DNA of 64,000 nucleotides. Source: a virus. Shown here in pieces: positions 18,151-25,501 of this stretch; positions within the stretch are counted from its first letter, which is position 1, and each line of letters starts with the position of its first letter. The notes under the pieces were generated by a model, which did no database searches, was not told where the DNA came from, and saw nothing but the letters and a program-made list of their open reading frames with translations. Both the position numbers and the translations under genes were made by a program. The stretch is taken from positions 32,001 through 96,000 of IMG/VR virus record IMGVR_UViG_3300022927_000008, one strand, 5' to 3'.

Positions 18151-18396
18151 ATTGCCCCAGCCAGCGCTGAGGACTTGTCCGTCTGGTATCTCGTCGGACC
18201 ACTGAGATTCTATATTCTGGGTTATAGAAAACCTAGTCTCCCATATTAGACCAAGGGTTATTATGGGGTGATGTCTGTTCCCCTCTCTGACCCCAAGTAT
18301 CAGGCCAACTGGGAATCGAACCCAGAGACATCGACTACTAGAATACTGCCATATCCGTTCGCACTTTTACCCCTCTCCCCCTGGCAGGGGGGAAAT
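18151..18396 (-). ncRNA. Structured RNA: permuted tRNA-like domain plus tandem pseudoknots
   Basis: T-arm CTGGG-TTCGATT-CCCAG inside a GATGTCT/AGACATC helix; interleaved stems downstream. Confidence 0.6.
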
Positions 18397-18471
18397 TGGA
18401 GCCACTAGTCGGAATTGAACCAACGACCGATGCTTTACAAGAGCATTGCTCTACCGCTGAGCTATAGTGGC
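18397..18471 (-). tRNA. tRNA-Thr(UGU), CCA encoded
   Basis: ATGCT-CTTGTAA-AGCAT anticodon arm; canonical cloverleaf. Confidence 0.95.
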
Positions 18472-18491
18472 TACATTCGCCTCACACGCTG

Positions 18492-18565
18492 TGATCCCGC
18501 TGGGACTCGAACCCAGGACCCTCTCATTAAAAGTGAGATGCTCTAACCAACTGAGCTACGGGATC
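18492..18565 (-). tRNA. tRNA-Lys(UUU)
   Basis: TCTCA-CTTTTAA-TGAGA anticodon arm. Confidence 0.95.
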
Positions 18566-18568
18566 AAT

Positions 18569-18913
18569 AAATGAAGGAATGGGTAAAGAGTTATTCAGGC
18601 TCTTAAGCGCGACAAGCAGGCGGTTGTATTGGTAAATCATAATGGCACAAGAGGAGTGTTAAACCCGCATCCCATTAATCATTTCACTTCATGGCTGCTA
18701 ACCCCAATTGAAGTTCACAATATCGCTTAGTAGAATTTAGTTCCACTATCACACAACCACACCCTAATAGGCCCACACCGGGCTTTCACCCCCTACAGCG
18801 CTTGCTGTAAGTCGAGCTACCTATTAACATGTGTACTTTATTCCCCTAATCATAGGAACACATTCAGTCATACCCCCCCGTGCGTGATCAGCGCGGTAGG
18901 GTTTCCTTCATTT
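18569..18913 (-). ncRNA. Large (~345 nt) structured ncRNA of unknown class
   Basis: Perfect 11-bp terminal stem AAATGAAGGAA/TTCCTTCATTT, at least 8 internal helices, no ORF in track, raised GC. Confidence 0.65.
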
Positions 18914-18914
18914 G

Positions 18915-18988
18915 TAGGAACGGCAGGAATCGAACCTGCGACCTTCAAGATATAAGCTTGATGCTCTAACCAATTGAGCTACGTTCCC
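18915..18988 (-). tRNA. tRNA-Ile(UAU)
   Basis: TCAAG-CTTATAT-CTTGA anticodon arm, A73. Confidence 0.9.
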
Positions 18989-19062
18989 ATATTGGTGCGT
19001 CATTTTATTACGCAGTGACGTCATCAGCGAATGCTATTTATTTCAATAAGTAAAGAACCTAG

Positions 19063-19136
19063 TACTCCCTACAGGATTTGAACCTGTGACCCACAGCTTA
19101 GAAGGCTGTTGCTCTATCCAGCTGAGCTAAGGGAGC
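19063..19136 (-). tRNA. tRNA-Arg(UCU)
   Basis: ACAGC-CTTCTAA-GCTGT anticodon arm. Confidence 0.95.
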
Positions 19137-19144
19137 ATATTTTG

Positions 19145-19229
19145 TAGCGCTGGGGGGACTCGAACCCCCACGGACCTACGGTCCAACAGATTTTAAGTCT
19201 GTCGTGTCTACCACTTCCACCACAGCGCC
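19145..19229 (-). tRNA. tRNA-Leu(UAA)
   Basis: ACAGA-CTTAAAA-TCTGT anticodon arm, long variable arm. Confidence 0.95.
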
Positions 19230-19240
19230 ATATTTTTATT

Positions 19241-19330
19241 TTATTTTTTAATGTACTTAAAGTAAGTGTAAGTATTAAAAATAACCAATAAACTCAAAAA
19301 ACTCCAACAATAAATTTGAAAATCTGTCAT
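19241..19330 (-). CDS. 29-aa membrane micropeptide (not in track)
   Basis: MTDFQIYCWSFLSLLVIFNTYTYFKYIKK; paralog of 19609..19704. Confidence 0.65.
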   Translation of the reverse strand: MTDFQIYCWSFLSLLVIFNTYTYFKYIKK

Positions 19331-19354
19331 TTCTCTGCCTTAACTTTACCCCAT

Positions 19355-19385
19355 GAATATACGAACGGGATCTTACAACCCCAAA
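19355..19385 (-). promoter_or_regulatory. Class-I promoter (no box), likely driving the tRNA/ncRNA cluster
   Basis: TTTGG-N15-TTCGTATATTC. Confidence 0.75.
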
Positions 19386-19403
19386 TCCCTCGCGGGAAAT
19401 TTT

Positions 19404-19601
19404 TTATTCTTCAAGATAAAGAATAATAATAAGGGTAATGATAACTAATCCAAACAAAAGCATATAATAATTAGCAGGCTCTGGGTCTCCGCTAATGATG
19501 ATGTGCGTGTTTGCAATAAAGTTTAAAATAAAGAGTATTAATTGCAAAAGCAAAAATGCTGCCCCAAGAAAATTCAGGATATAGAAGACAAATGCATTCA
19601 T
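19404..19601 (-). CDS. Small two-TM membrane protein
   Basis: Likely start MNAFVF; two hydrophobic segments. Confidence 0.6.
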   Translation of the reverse strand: MNAFVFYILNFLGAAFLLLQLILFILNFIANTHIIISGDPEPANYYMLLFGLVIITLIIILYLEE

Positions 19602-19608
19602 TTTTATT

Positions 19609-19704
19609 TTATTTTTTAATGTACTTAAAGTAATTGTAAATATTGATAGGAATACAAACCCCAAACACAACTCCATAAATAATAATCCAAACCTGATCTG
19701 TCAT
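19609..19704 (-). CDS. 31-aa membrane micropeptide (not in track)
   Basis: MTDQVWIIIYGVVFGVCIPINIYNYFKYIKK. Confidence 0.65.
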   Translation of the reverse strand: MTDQVWIIIYGVVFGVCIPINIYNYFKYIKK

Positions 19705-19728
19705 TTCTCTGCCTTAACTTTACCCCAT

Positions 19729-19782
19729 GAATATACGAACCGGATTTTCGGATCCCACATTTTGGGATGACTTTAAGATGAC
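19729..19782 (-). promoter_or_regulatory. Class-I promoter with GTCAT-N6-GTCAT box
   Basis: GTCATcttaaaGTCAT-N7-TGTGG-N15-TTCGTATATTC. Confidence 0.75.
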
Positions 19783-19783
19783 C

Positions 19784-20119
19784 TTATTTTATTTTTCTGT
19801 AATAATAACGCTTAAGATTTAAAATCTCTGCTTTAAGATTTTCATCTACTACTTGCACTTGTTGCTTATAACTTTTAAAATCATTAATTGACTTAATATA
19901 ACGAGCATATCTGTAGACATAAACTTTATGAACGTCATCAACGAAGTCTTCTCGAACTTCATACATCATATCATTAAGTAGAGTAAACGAGAAGTATGTC
20001 TTATGATTAGGATTCCAAACTATGAACGGCTTAGCTTCATCAAATTGCTCAACGTCGTAAGCGTAATAGCTAGTACTCATTCTGTACTCATCGAACTTTG
20101 AAACGTAATTAGTACTCAT
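19784..20119 (-). CDS. Hypothetical early-type protein
   Basis: 111-aa ORF with its own promoter. Confidence 0.6.
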   Translation of the reverse strand: MSTNYVSKFDEYRMSTSYYAYDVEQFDEAKPFIVWNPNHKTYFSFTLLNDMMYEVREDFVDDVHKVYVYRYARYIKSINDFKSYKQQVQVVDENLKAEILNLKRYYYRKIK

Positions 20120-20141
20120 GTTGCTTTTTTTTCTTCGCGTT

Positions 20142-20195
20142 AAATATACGATGAAAGATCAGCAATTCCACATTTTAGGATGACTTTAAGATGAC
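20142..20195 (-). promoter_or_regulatory. Class-I promoter with GTCAT-N6-GTCAT box
   Basis: GTCATcttaaaGTCAT-N7-TGTGG-N15-ATCGTATATTT. Confidence 0.75.
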
Positions 20196-20500
20196 CTTCT
20201 TCTTCCTTTTTTAGGCTCAATACCCAACTGCCTTTCCAATTCACGCAACTCACGGTTCCGCTTGACTTTTTCCTTACCAACAGCAACCTGCTGTTTGCTA
20301 GGGACTCGGTCCTCCATCTCACCACGGAACTCCCTCATGAACTCCTCGCAGTCACGGCGGTCCATTTTTCCGCCATAACGTACTGCCTCTTTATAATGCC
20401 TAGCAACAGCTTCAGCATTTCCAGTAATCATAGCATAGGCTAGTTCAGCCATCCTACCATGGTAGTTCCGCTTACGGCGGCGATTGTTGTGATTACGCAT
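20186..20500 (-). CDS. Basic hypothetical protein
   Basis: Arg-rich termini. Confidence 0.6.
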   Translation of the reverse strand: MRNHNNRRRKRNYHGRMAELAYAMITGNAEAVARHYKEAVRYGGKMDRRDCEEFMREFRGEMEDRVPSKQQVAVGKEKVKRNRELRELERQLGIEPKKGRRRSS

Positions 20501-20921
20501 TTTTTAGTTCTTTAATATGTTTACACTCTCTAGTTTTCGATCTCCAAACACCTGGGCAGTTACAACTAAATGTAATTTTTCCAGTGGGTAAAGTCACCTT
20601 ACGTGCCTCATAGGTAATATCAGGATTACTCTTAGAAGTAAACTCCATAACTACCATATTTGGCTCTTTTGGCTTAACCTCAGGACGTTCCCATTTAATG
20701 TCACTCAATTTGGTTTCAGGATGTACCTCTGTCCAAGTAGGCATAATGTATTTTTTACCATCCATCACTATAAGTGAAGGGGGCATCCAATCGTGTTCAT
20801 GCTCATATGTCAAGCGTTGCACATTCACAAACTTGTGTCCTTTAGGTTTATACTTAAATTGTGAAGAATCTTGTACTACCTCTCGGTATTTACCGTCTTC
20901 CCAAATTTGAAAAATCGCCAT
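20493..20921 (-). CDS. SWIM zinc-finger protein
   Basis: CNCPG...CKH. Confidence 0.75.
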   Translation of the reverse strand: MAIFQIWEDGKYREVVQDSSQFKYKPKGHKFVNVQRLTYEHEHDWMPPSLIVMDGKKYIMPTWTEVHPETKLSDIKWERPEVKPKEPNMVVMEFTSKSNPDITYEARKVTLPTGKITFSCNCPGVWRSKTRECKHIKELKNA

Positions 20922-21160
20922 TGCTTAAACTTATTCCATAAATATAAGAATAAATTTTTAGGCTTCCCCGGTTTTGCTATGACGATTTTATGACTGACTT
21001 CTTTATCTTCCTTTTCTAATTGGTCTTCTAAAGTAACCATCATACACATTCCATTAAGCATCATGGGGTAATAAGCCGCTACAAAGGCTAAATCTTCATC
21101 AGACATAGCCTCCATAGCCTGCTTAGCTGTCACTATTTGGGGGTCAACGTTTACCACGCT
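20876..21160 (-). CDS. Hypothetical protein, start uncertain
   Basis: C-terminal part of track ORF 20876..21292; the upstream part is occupied by 21144..21323. Confidence 0.45.
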   Translation of the reverse strand, partial: SVVNVDPQIVTAKQAMEAMSDEDLAFVAAYYPMMLNGMCMMVTLEDQLEKEDKEVSHKIVIAKPGKPKNLFLYLWNKFKQWRFFKFGKTVNTER

Positions 21161-21323
21161 TACCACTGTAGTAATCTTCCAAGTCCTCTTCTTCTGGTGG
21201 GAGGTAACCTGGTTTTTTGGGTTTTTTCTTCTTGCGCTCCTTATAAGCAGGAGACTCATGTTCCATAAAACGATCCCATTTTTGGAACGCATCTAACCTT
21301 TGGTGTGGGCTATTTTTGCTCAT
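21144..21323 (-). CDS. 59-aa charged protein (not in track)
   Basis: MSKNSPHQRLDAFQKWDRFMEHESPAYKERKKKKPKKPGYLPPEEEDLEDYYSGKRGKR; ATGA-coupled. Confidence 0.6.
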   Translation of the reverse strand: MSKNSPHQRLDAFQKWDRFMEHESPAYKERKKKKPKKPGYLPPEEEDLEDYYSGKRGKR

Positions 21324-21460
21324 CGTCCTTGACCTCTATAGGCTTTTTTATAGTTTTTAGAATTTTTATTTTTGCTGGTTTTTGTTTTAGCGTGAACACC
21401 AGGGCGGCTCACTTTGTTGGTGCTGGGGGCATTTTCCAATGCGCTGATTTTCCTAGCCAT
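21320..21460 (-). CDS. 46-aa very basic peptide ending YRGQGR (not in track)
   Basis: MARKISALENAPSTNKVSRPGVHAKTKTSKNKNSKNYKKAYRGQGR. Confidence 0.7.
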   Translation of the reverse strand: MARKISALENAPSTNKVSRPGVHAKTKTSKNKNSKNYKKAYRGQGR

Positions 21461-21764
21461 TTTTTGATTTTAAATAGTTTATTGCTTCAGTTATTTTAAT
21501 ACAATCTTCGTATTCTTCTTCACGCTCATAATGAGCTAAGTTTGTTCCTAAGATATCAATAAATTCATCTGTTTCCATTGATAATGTATAAATAGCTCCT
21601 TCTTCCTCCACTTCTACTTCAAACACAGGAATTTGTTTTTTCTTAGTATCCAAATTATTTAGTATCTTTTCTACAATTCCTTTAGCAAGCATAAAATCTT
21701 TAGTTTTAGCCATATTAAGGAATTCTTCATACGTTCCTACCTTTATGTGTTTCACGTACGGCAT
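21453..21764 (-). CDS. Protein with C-terminal UvrB/UvrC (UVR)-like motif
   Basis: YEREEEYEDCIKI; similar to 23607..23954. Confidence 0.6.
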   Translation of the reverse strand: MPYVKHIKVGTYEEFLNMAKTKDFMLAKGIVEKILNNLDTKKKQIPVFEVEVEEEGAIYTLSMETDEFIDILGTNLAHYEREEEYEDCIKITEAINYLKSKNG

Positions 21765-21765
21765 A

Positions 21766-21921
21766 TCAAAATAGATCAAGGTAATCTCCTTTTATTTGTT
21801 TTGACTTGAATTTAAGCATCTTTTCGTCATTCTCCAAACTTTTTGTCGCAAGCTTTTCAAGATGTTTACGTTTTTGTCCATCGTAATCGTCTACTAATTT
21901 TTGATGCTTACGCTTTTTCAT
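21766..21921 (-). CDS. 51-aa hypothetical protein (not in track)
   Basis: MKKRKHQKLVDDYDGQKRKHLEKLATKSLENDEKMLKFKSKQIKGDYLDLF fills the intergenic gap. Confidence 0.6.
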   Translation of the reverse strand: MKKRKHQKLVDDYDGQKRKHLEKLATKSLENDEKMLKFKSKQIKGDYLDLF

Positions 21922-22615
21922 ACTTAAAGTATTTTATAGTAAAGTTACTAAGTGGTATTTCTGAATAGGGCATATCCTGTGTAACATGGTTATTTATTAC
22001 AACATTCATTTTAGTATTATTTACCTGTTTCATTACAACTGGATCACTTATTACACGGACTAATCTGTCATTGTAATAAAACTTTAATGAGTCTAAGCTC
22101 CAATTTAATTTGTACTTTAAGAAGTGTTTTGTGGGATCTTTAAAGCCCATAAAATGACTTTTAGGTCCCCACATTTTATTTTTACCCTCTTCAGAGTAGT
22201 GTACATTTGTATCTATATGCCTACAAGCCCAAGGTTTGTTCCAATTAAACCTATGATAATTTGGTTTTTTATGAGAATAACCTTCAAATATATCAATTTC
22301 AGGGGGCCAACTGTCCCAACTCCACATCCAAAAAGCAGGCCATAAGTTCTTACCATATGGTAATTTAGCTTTTATTTCAAATATGCCAGGACCAAATTCA
22401 GTAGCACATGATACCAAACCTACACCTACTTTAGGTCTAATTCCTAATTCTTTAAACTCCTTAGGGTTGTATTGGGTTTTTAAAGTTAAATAGTTTTTTA
22501 ATGTAATTTGAACTGCACTAGGATCATACCAACAATAGGGTTTATCCTTGTGTACCTGTCCCCACCTTTCTTGGGTTAACCATTTATATCCTGACCATTC
22601 TATTACTTTGCTCAT
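21908..22615 (-). CDS. Glycoside hydrolase family 16
   Basis: WPAFW and catalytic EIDIFE. Confidence 0.9.
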   Translation of the reverse strand: MSKVIEWSGYKWLTQERWGQVHKDKPYCWYDPSAVQITLKNYLTLKTQYNPKEFKELGIRPKVGVGLVSCATEFGPGIFEIKAKLPYGKNLWPAFWMWSWDSWPPEIDIFEGYSHKKPNYHRFNWNKPWACRHIDTNVHYSEEGKNKMWGPKSHFMGFKDPTKHFLKYKLNWSLDSLKFYYNDRLVRVISDPVVMKQVNNTKMNVVINNHVTQDMPYSEIPLSNFTIKYFKYEKA

Positions 22616-23238
22616 ATCCTTGATATCAAATCTAATTCATCTTTATCTTCTAAACCTAGTTCTTTTAGGCGTTGAAGGTGATAATCATCAATTTCCCAAT
22701 CTACTTGACCTTCATTAACTGGTTTATATTCCTCCATTGTTTGGATTTGTTTGTCACTAAATATGTCCCCAACTGTTAAAAAGTAACAATTATAACAAAG
22801 GAGTTCTACGTTATCTAATTTATAATTTTTTTTATTATTGTCTTTAAAGTTCATTATTAACGGAACTTTGTAATCTAACACCCTGCGTTCATTAAATGAA
22901 CAATTTGAACAACAATCCTCTAAATAACCCTCCCCTATCATTCTCTCACGAATTTTAGCAGCTGAAAAGTGGGAACTATCAACTCTACCTTCTATAATGT
23001 CTAACACAGCAGGTTGTTTTACACTACCATTTAAAAACTTGGGTATACCTTTACCTGCTTGGTTTTTATGTTGTTCAAATAGGTCTGGGTAACCTTCTTC
23101 AGTGGCTTCATAATTTTTGGCCCATTTTTTGTAGTGAATGTAGGAAACACCTAAGTAACGAGCGGCTGCACGGTTAGACATAGTCTTATTCATAGCTGCT
23201 TGTATCTGTTGTTTACTTAGGGGTTTTGCCTTGGGCAT
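22612..23238 (-). CDS. HTH plus degenerate HNH-like Zn-binding protein
   Basis: AAARYLGVSY HTH; CSNC...NVELLCYNC with the usual His residues absent. Confidence 0.65.
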   Translation of the reverse strand: MPKAKPLSKQQIQAAMNKTMSNRAAARYLGVSYIHYKKWAKNYEATEEGYPDLFEQHKNQAGKGIPKFLNGSVKQPAVLDIIEGRVDSSHFSAAKIRERMIGEGYLEDCCSNCSFNERRVLDYKVPLIMNFKDNNKKNYKLDNVELLCYNCYFLTVGDIFSDKQIQTMEEYKPVNEGQVDWEIDDYHLQRLKELGLEDKDELDLISRI

Positions 23239-23641
23239 TTTTATCTATTTTTATTTTTAGATCTACTAAGTATTCCCACAATTCTTCTTTAGTATTAAAC
23301 ATATATTCAACACCTTCATCATCTAAAAAGGGTACTACTCGTTTATTATCGTCAAATCTTGTGTATACATAAAATAGTATAGCTTCTGCAGCAACAGGTT
23401 CAAAGCAGAAATGGACTAGACTTTCTATAACTTGAAAGTAAATATCATCAATTGTTGATATATCTATTTTAAATTCATCGTACAATTTATGTTGACGCTG
23501 CCAAGCTTCCTCAAATAAACCTATTATACGAATAAACTCATTTTTTATTTTAGCTTCAGTGTCTGCCTTATCACTAGTAAGGTGAACAGTGGTTCCTAAA
23601 ATAGATTCAAGTATTTCCTTTATTTCTTTTTTCTGCCCCAT
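23213..23641 (-). CDS. Hypothetical protein
   Basis: 142-aa ORF in operon. Confidence 0.6.
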   Translation of the reverse strand: MGQKKEIKEILESILGTTVHLTSDKADTEAKIKNEFIRIIGLFEEAWQRQHKLYDEFKIDISTIDDIYFQVIESLVHFCFEPVAAEAILFYVYTRFDDNKRVVPFLDDEGVEYMFNTKEELWEYLVDLKIKIDKNAQGKTPK

Positions 23642-23954
23642 TAACCTTTTGTTTTAACTTAACCAATTTAGCACACTTATCATAATCTTCTTGTTTCTCG
23701 TAAAACTTAATAACTCCTTCAATAGCAGCTTTAAAATTACGTCTGTATATTATTACTGAACATTCTAAATTAGGTATGTGGATTATTTTAGCTTGAGTAA
23801 AGTTAGTCTCTAATGCTTCTTCTATCCCACTTACAACTTCATCAAATAATAGCTTGTGGAAATCCTCAGATTCAGTTAGTATATCTAAATCTTCTTTATC
23901 ATCATAAAGTATTTCCACAGCAAGGATTTCACGTTTTTTATTTTCCTTATCCAT
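23607..23954 (-). CDS. Protein with C-terminal UVR-like motif
   Basis: FYEKQEDYDKCAKL. Confidence 0.6.
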   Translation of the reverse strand: MDKENKKREILAVEILYDDKEDLDILTESEDFHKLLFDEVVSGIEEALETNFTQAKIIHIPNLECSVIIYRRNFKAAIEGVIKFYEKQEDYDKCAKLVKLKQKVNGAEKRNKGNT

Positions 23955-23966
23955 GGTTATAAATAT

Positions 23967-24743
23967 TTAGAAATCTAACATTTTAGAGTTATTGTCTGGG
24001 TTGTGTTTAGCCCATTGCCCCCATTTGTACTTAAAATATTCGTGGCAAAGTTGTTCTTTTTGCTGTTTGTTAATTTTTTCTTCATAAGTAGCTTCTGTGC
24101 CATATGAAACAAAGTGATAAAAATGGCACTCGTAAGTTCTTAACATTCTTAATCCTGCTATCTCACATTTAAGAAAAAAGTCCCAATCAACAACCCAAGC
24201 ACCAGGATAAGATTCATCCCATCCCCCTATTTTCATATAATCCCATTTATTCATAAAAATAGGTAAGGTACACCCAGTTTCTTCAACTTTACTTTCTTCT
24301 ATAATACTTTCTTCATACTCCCAAAATGCCTTTAAATCAAACTTTTTAGGATCCCTACCTAAATTTTTAATATGCATCTGTTTGAACATGCTAGGAATAG
24401 GTTCAATTTGATTGGGAGTAACTACAGATCCAGGAGAATAACTTGCTATTAATGCTATATCCCATTGGTCTGGGAATACATTGTCATCGTTGACTATAAG
24501 GATTTTGTTTGATGTAGCATTAAAAACTCCTAAGTTAGTAGCCCTGCTAAGACCCACATTTTCTTCTAAGTTAAGGATTTCAATGTGTTTTTTATACTTT
24601 TCAAGGATCTCTTTATTTAGATCATAAAAACCATCTACTACTACTATTATTTGATTCTTTTCAGTTTGACCTTCAATAGCAGATTTTAAACACAGATCTA
24701 AAACTTCAGGTTCTTTATAAGTAGGAATAATTACAGAAATCAT
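23967..24743 (-). CDS. Glycosyltransferase family 2
   Basis: ISVIIPTY, VVVDG, NDD, IGGWDE. Confidence 0.9.
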   Translation of the reverse strand: MISVIIPTYKEPEVLDLCLKSAIEGQTEKNQIIVVVDGFYDLNKEILEKYKKHIEILNLEENVGLSRATNLGVFNATSNKILIVNDDNVFPDQWDIALIASYSPGSVVTPNQIEPIPSMFKQMHIKNLGRDPKKFDLKAFWEYEESIIEESKVEETGCTLPIFMNKWDYMKIGGWDESYPGAWVVDWDFFLKCEIAGLRMLRTYECHFYHFVSYGTEATYEEKINKQQKEQLCHEYFKYKWGQWAKHNPDNNSKMLDF

Positions 24744-24760
24744 ATTTTAAAATTATTTTA

Positions 24761-25501
24761 TTAAGAAGTAATTTTTATGCTATATAGTTCACCTTCAAAT
24801 AAAGTTGTAGTAAGGTAACCTAATAACCTTTCGAACCCATGGGCTAAACTACCATAGCGGTCATATCCCTCTTCAAATTTAGGAAGGAGAGAAGGAATAT
24901 CTATTAAATTATAAAGATTTTTCATATAGAGATCATTTACTAAAAACATAGTCCCAGCAAAAAAAGGAGGGGCAAGTCTTTTATCTTTAAATACTAAAGT
25001 AGAGTCTGTGTTGAGGAGTTTTAATGCTTTTTTTATAAAGGGAAGAGCATCTAGATAATTTACGTTATCTAAAGTTTCACTAAATAACCAAGGAGCAGAA
25101 CCTACCATACAGGGGACCGTATTAGATGAAAGCTCAGAAAGAGCAGTAACATATTGCATATTACTATGTAAAAAGCTATCTACTAATTGAGTTCTCCACA
25201 TTTCTCCTAACTTAGGGGTATGAATAGACTTTTTTCCATGGATCTTTATATAATATTTATAAGGAATTGACTTAATTTGATCACAAACATGTAAGAAAGG
25301 AGCTACATCTAACCCTTTATTTTCTACTAAAAATACTTCTTTACTATACTTACTAATATCTTTTATATAGGGGGTATTTAAATTGTTTACACTAACATAC
25401 AAATCAGTTTTAGGATTATTTTGCAAAATAGATTTTAACCTAACTCTAAACCAAGGCCACAAATCTTGATAGTGTAAATGTAAAATAATAGCTACTTTCA
25501 T
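24761..25501 (-). CDS. Rhamnan synthesis F (RgpF)-like protein
   Basis: HLHY.DLW, N.G.DV.PF, KIHGKKS, FFAGTMF, AHGFER. Confidence 0.75.
   Translation of the reverse strand: MKVAIILHLHYQDLWPWFRVRLKSILQNNPKTDLYVSVNNLNTPYIKDISKYSKEVFLVENKGLDVAPFLHVCDQIKSIPYKYYIKIHGKKSIHTPKLGEMWRTQLVDSFLHSNMQYVTALSELSSNTVPCMVGSAPWLFSETLDNVNYLDALPFIKKALKLLNTDSTLVFKDKRLAPPFFAGTMFLVNDLYMKNLYNLIDIPSLLPKFEEGYDRYGSLAHGFERLLGYLTTTLFEGELYSIKITS

Noticed and set aside
18151-18396. Calling this element a tmRNA
   Set aside because: No G3:U70 pair, no CCA, and no tag reading frame ending in Ala-Ala-stop
18569-18913. RNase P RNA or group I intron
   Set aside because: No GAGGAAAGUCC or 3' conserved region, no recognisable P7 core, and it does not interrupt a gene
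531-20195. Dispersed repeats as a CRISPR array or att sites
   Set aside because: They are irregularly spaced, sit upstream of genes, fit promoter geometry, and there is no cas operon or integrase; the Cas4-like nuclease is a common stand-alone phage gene
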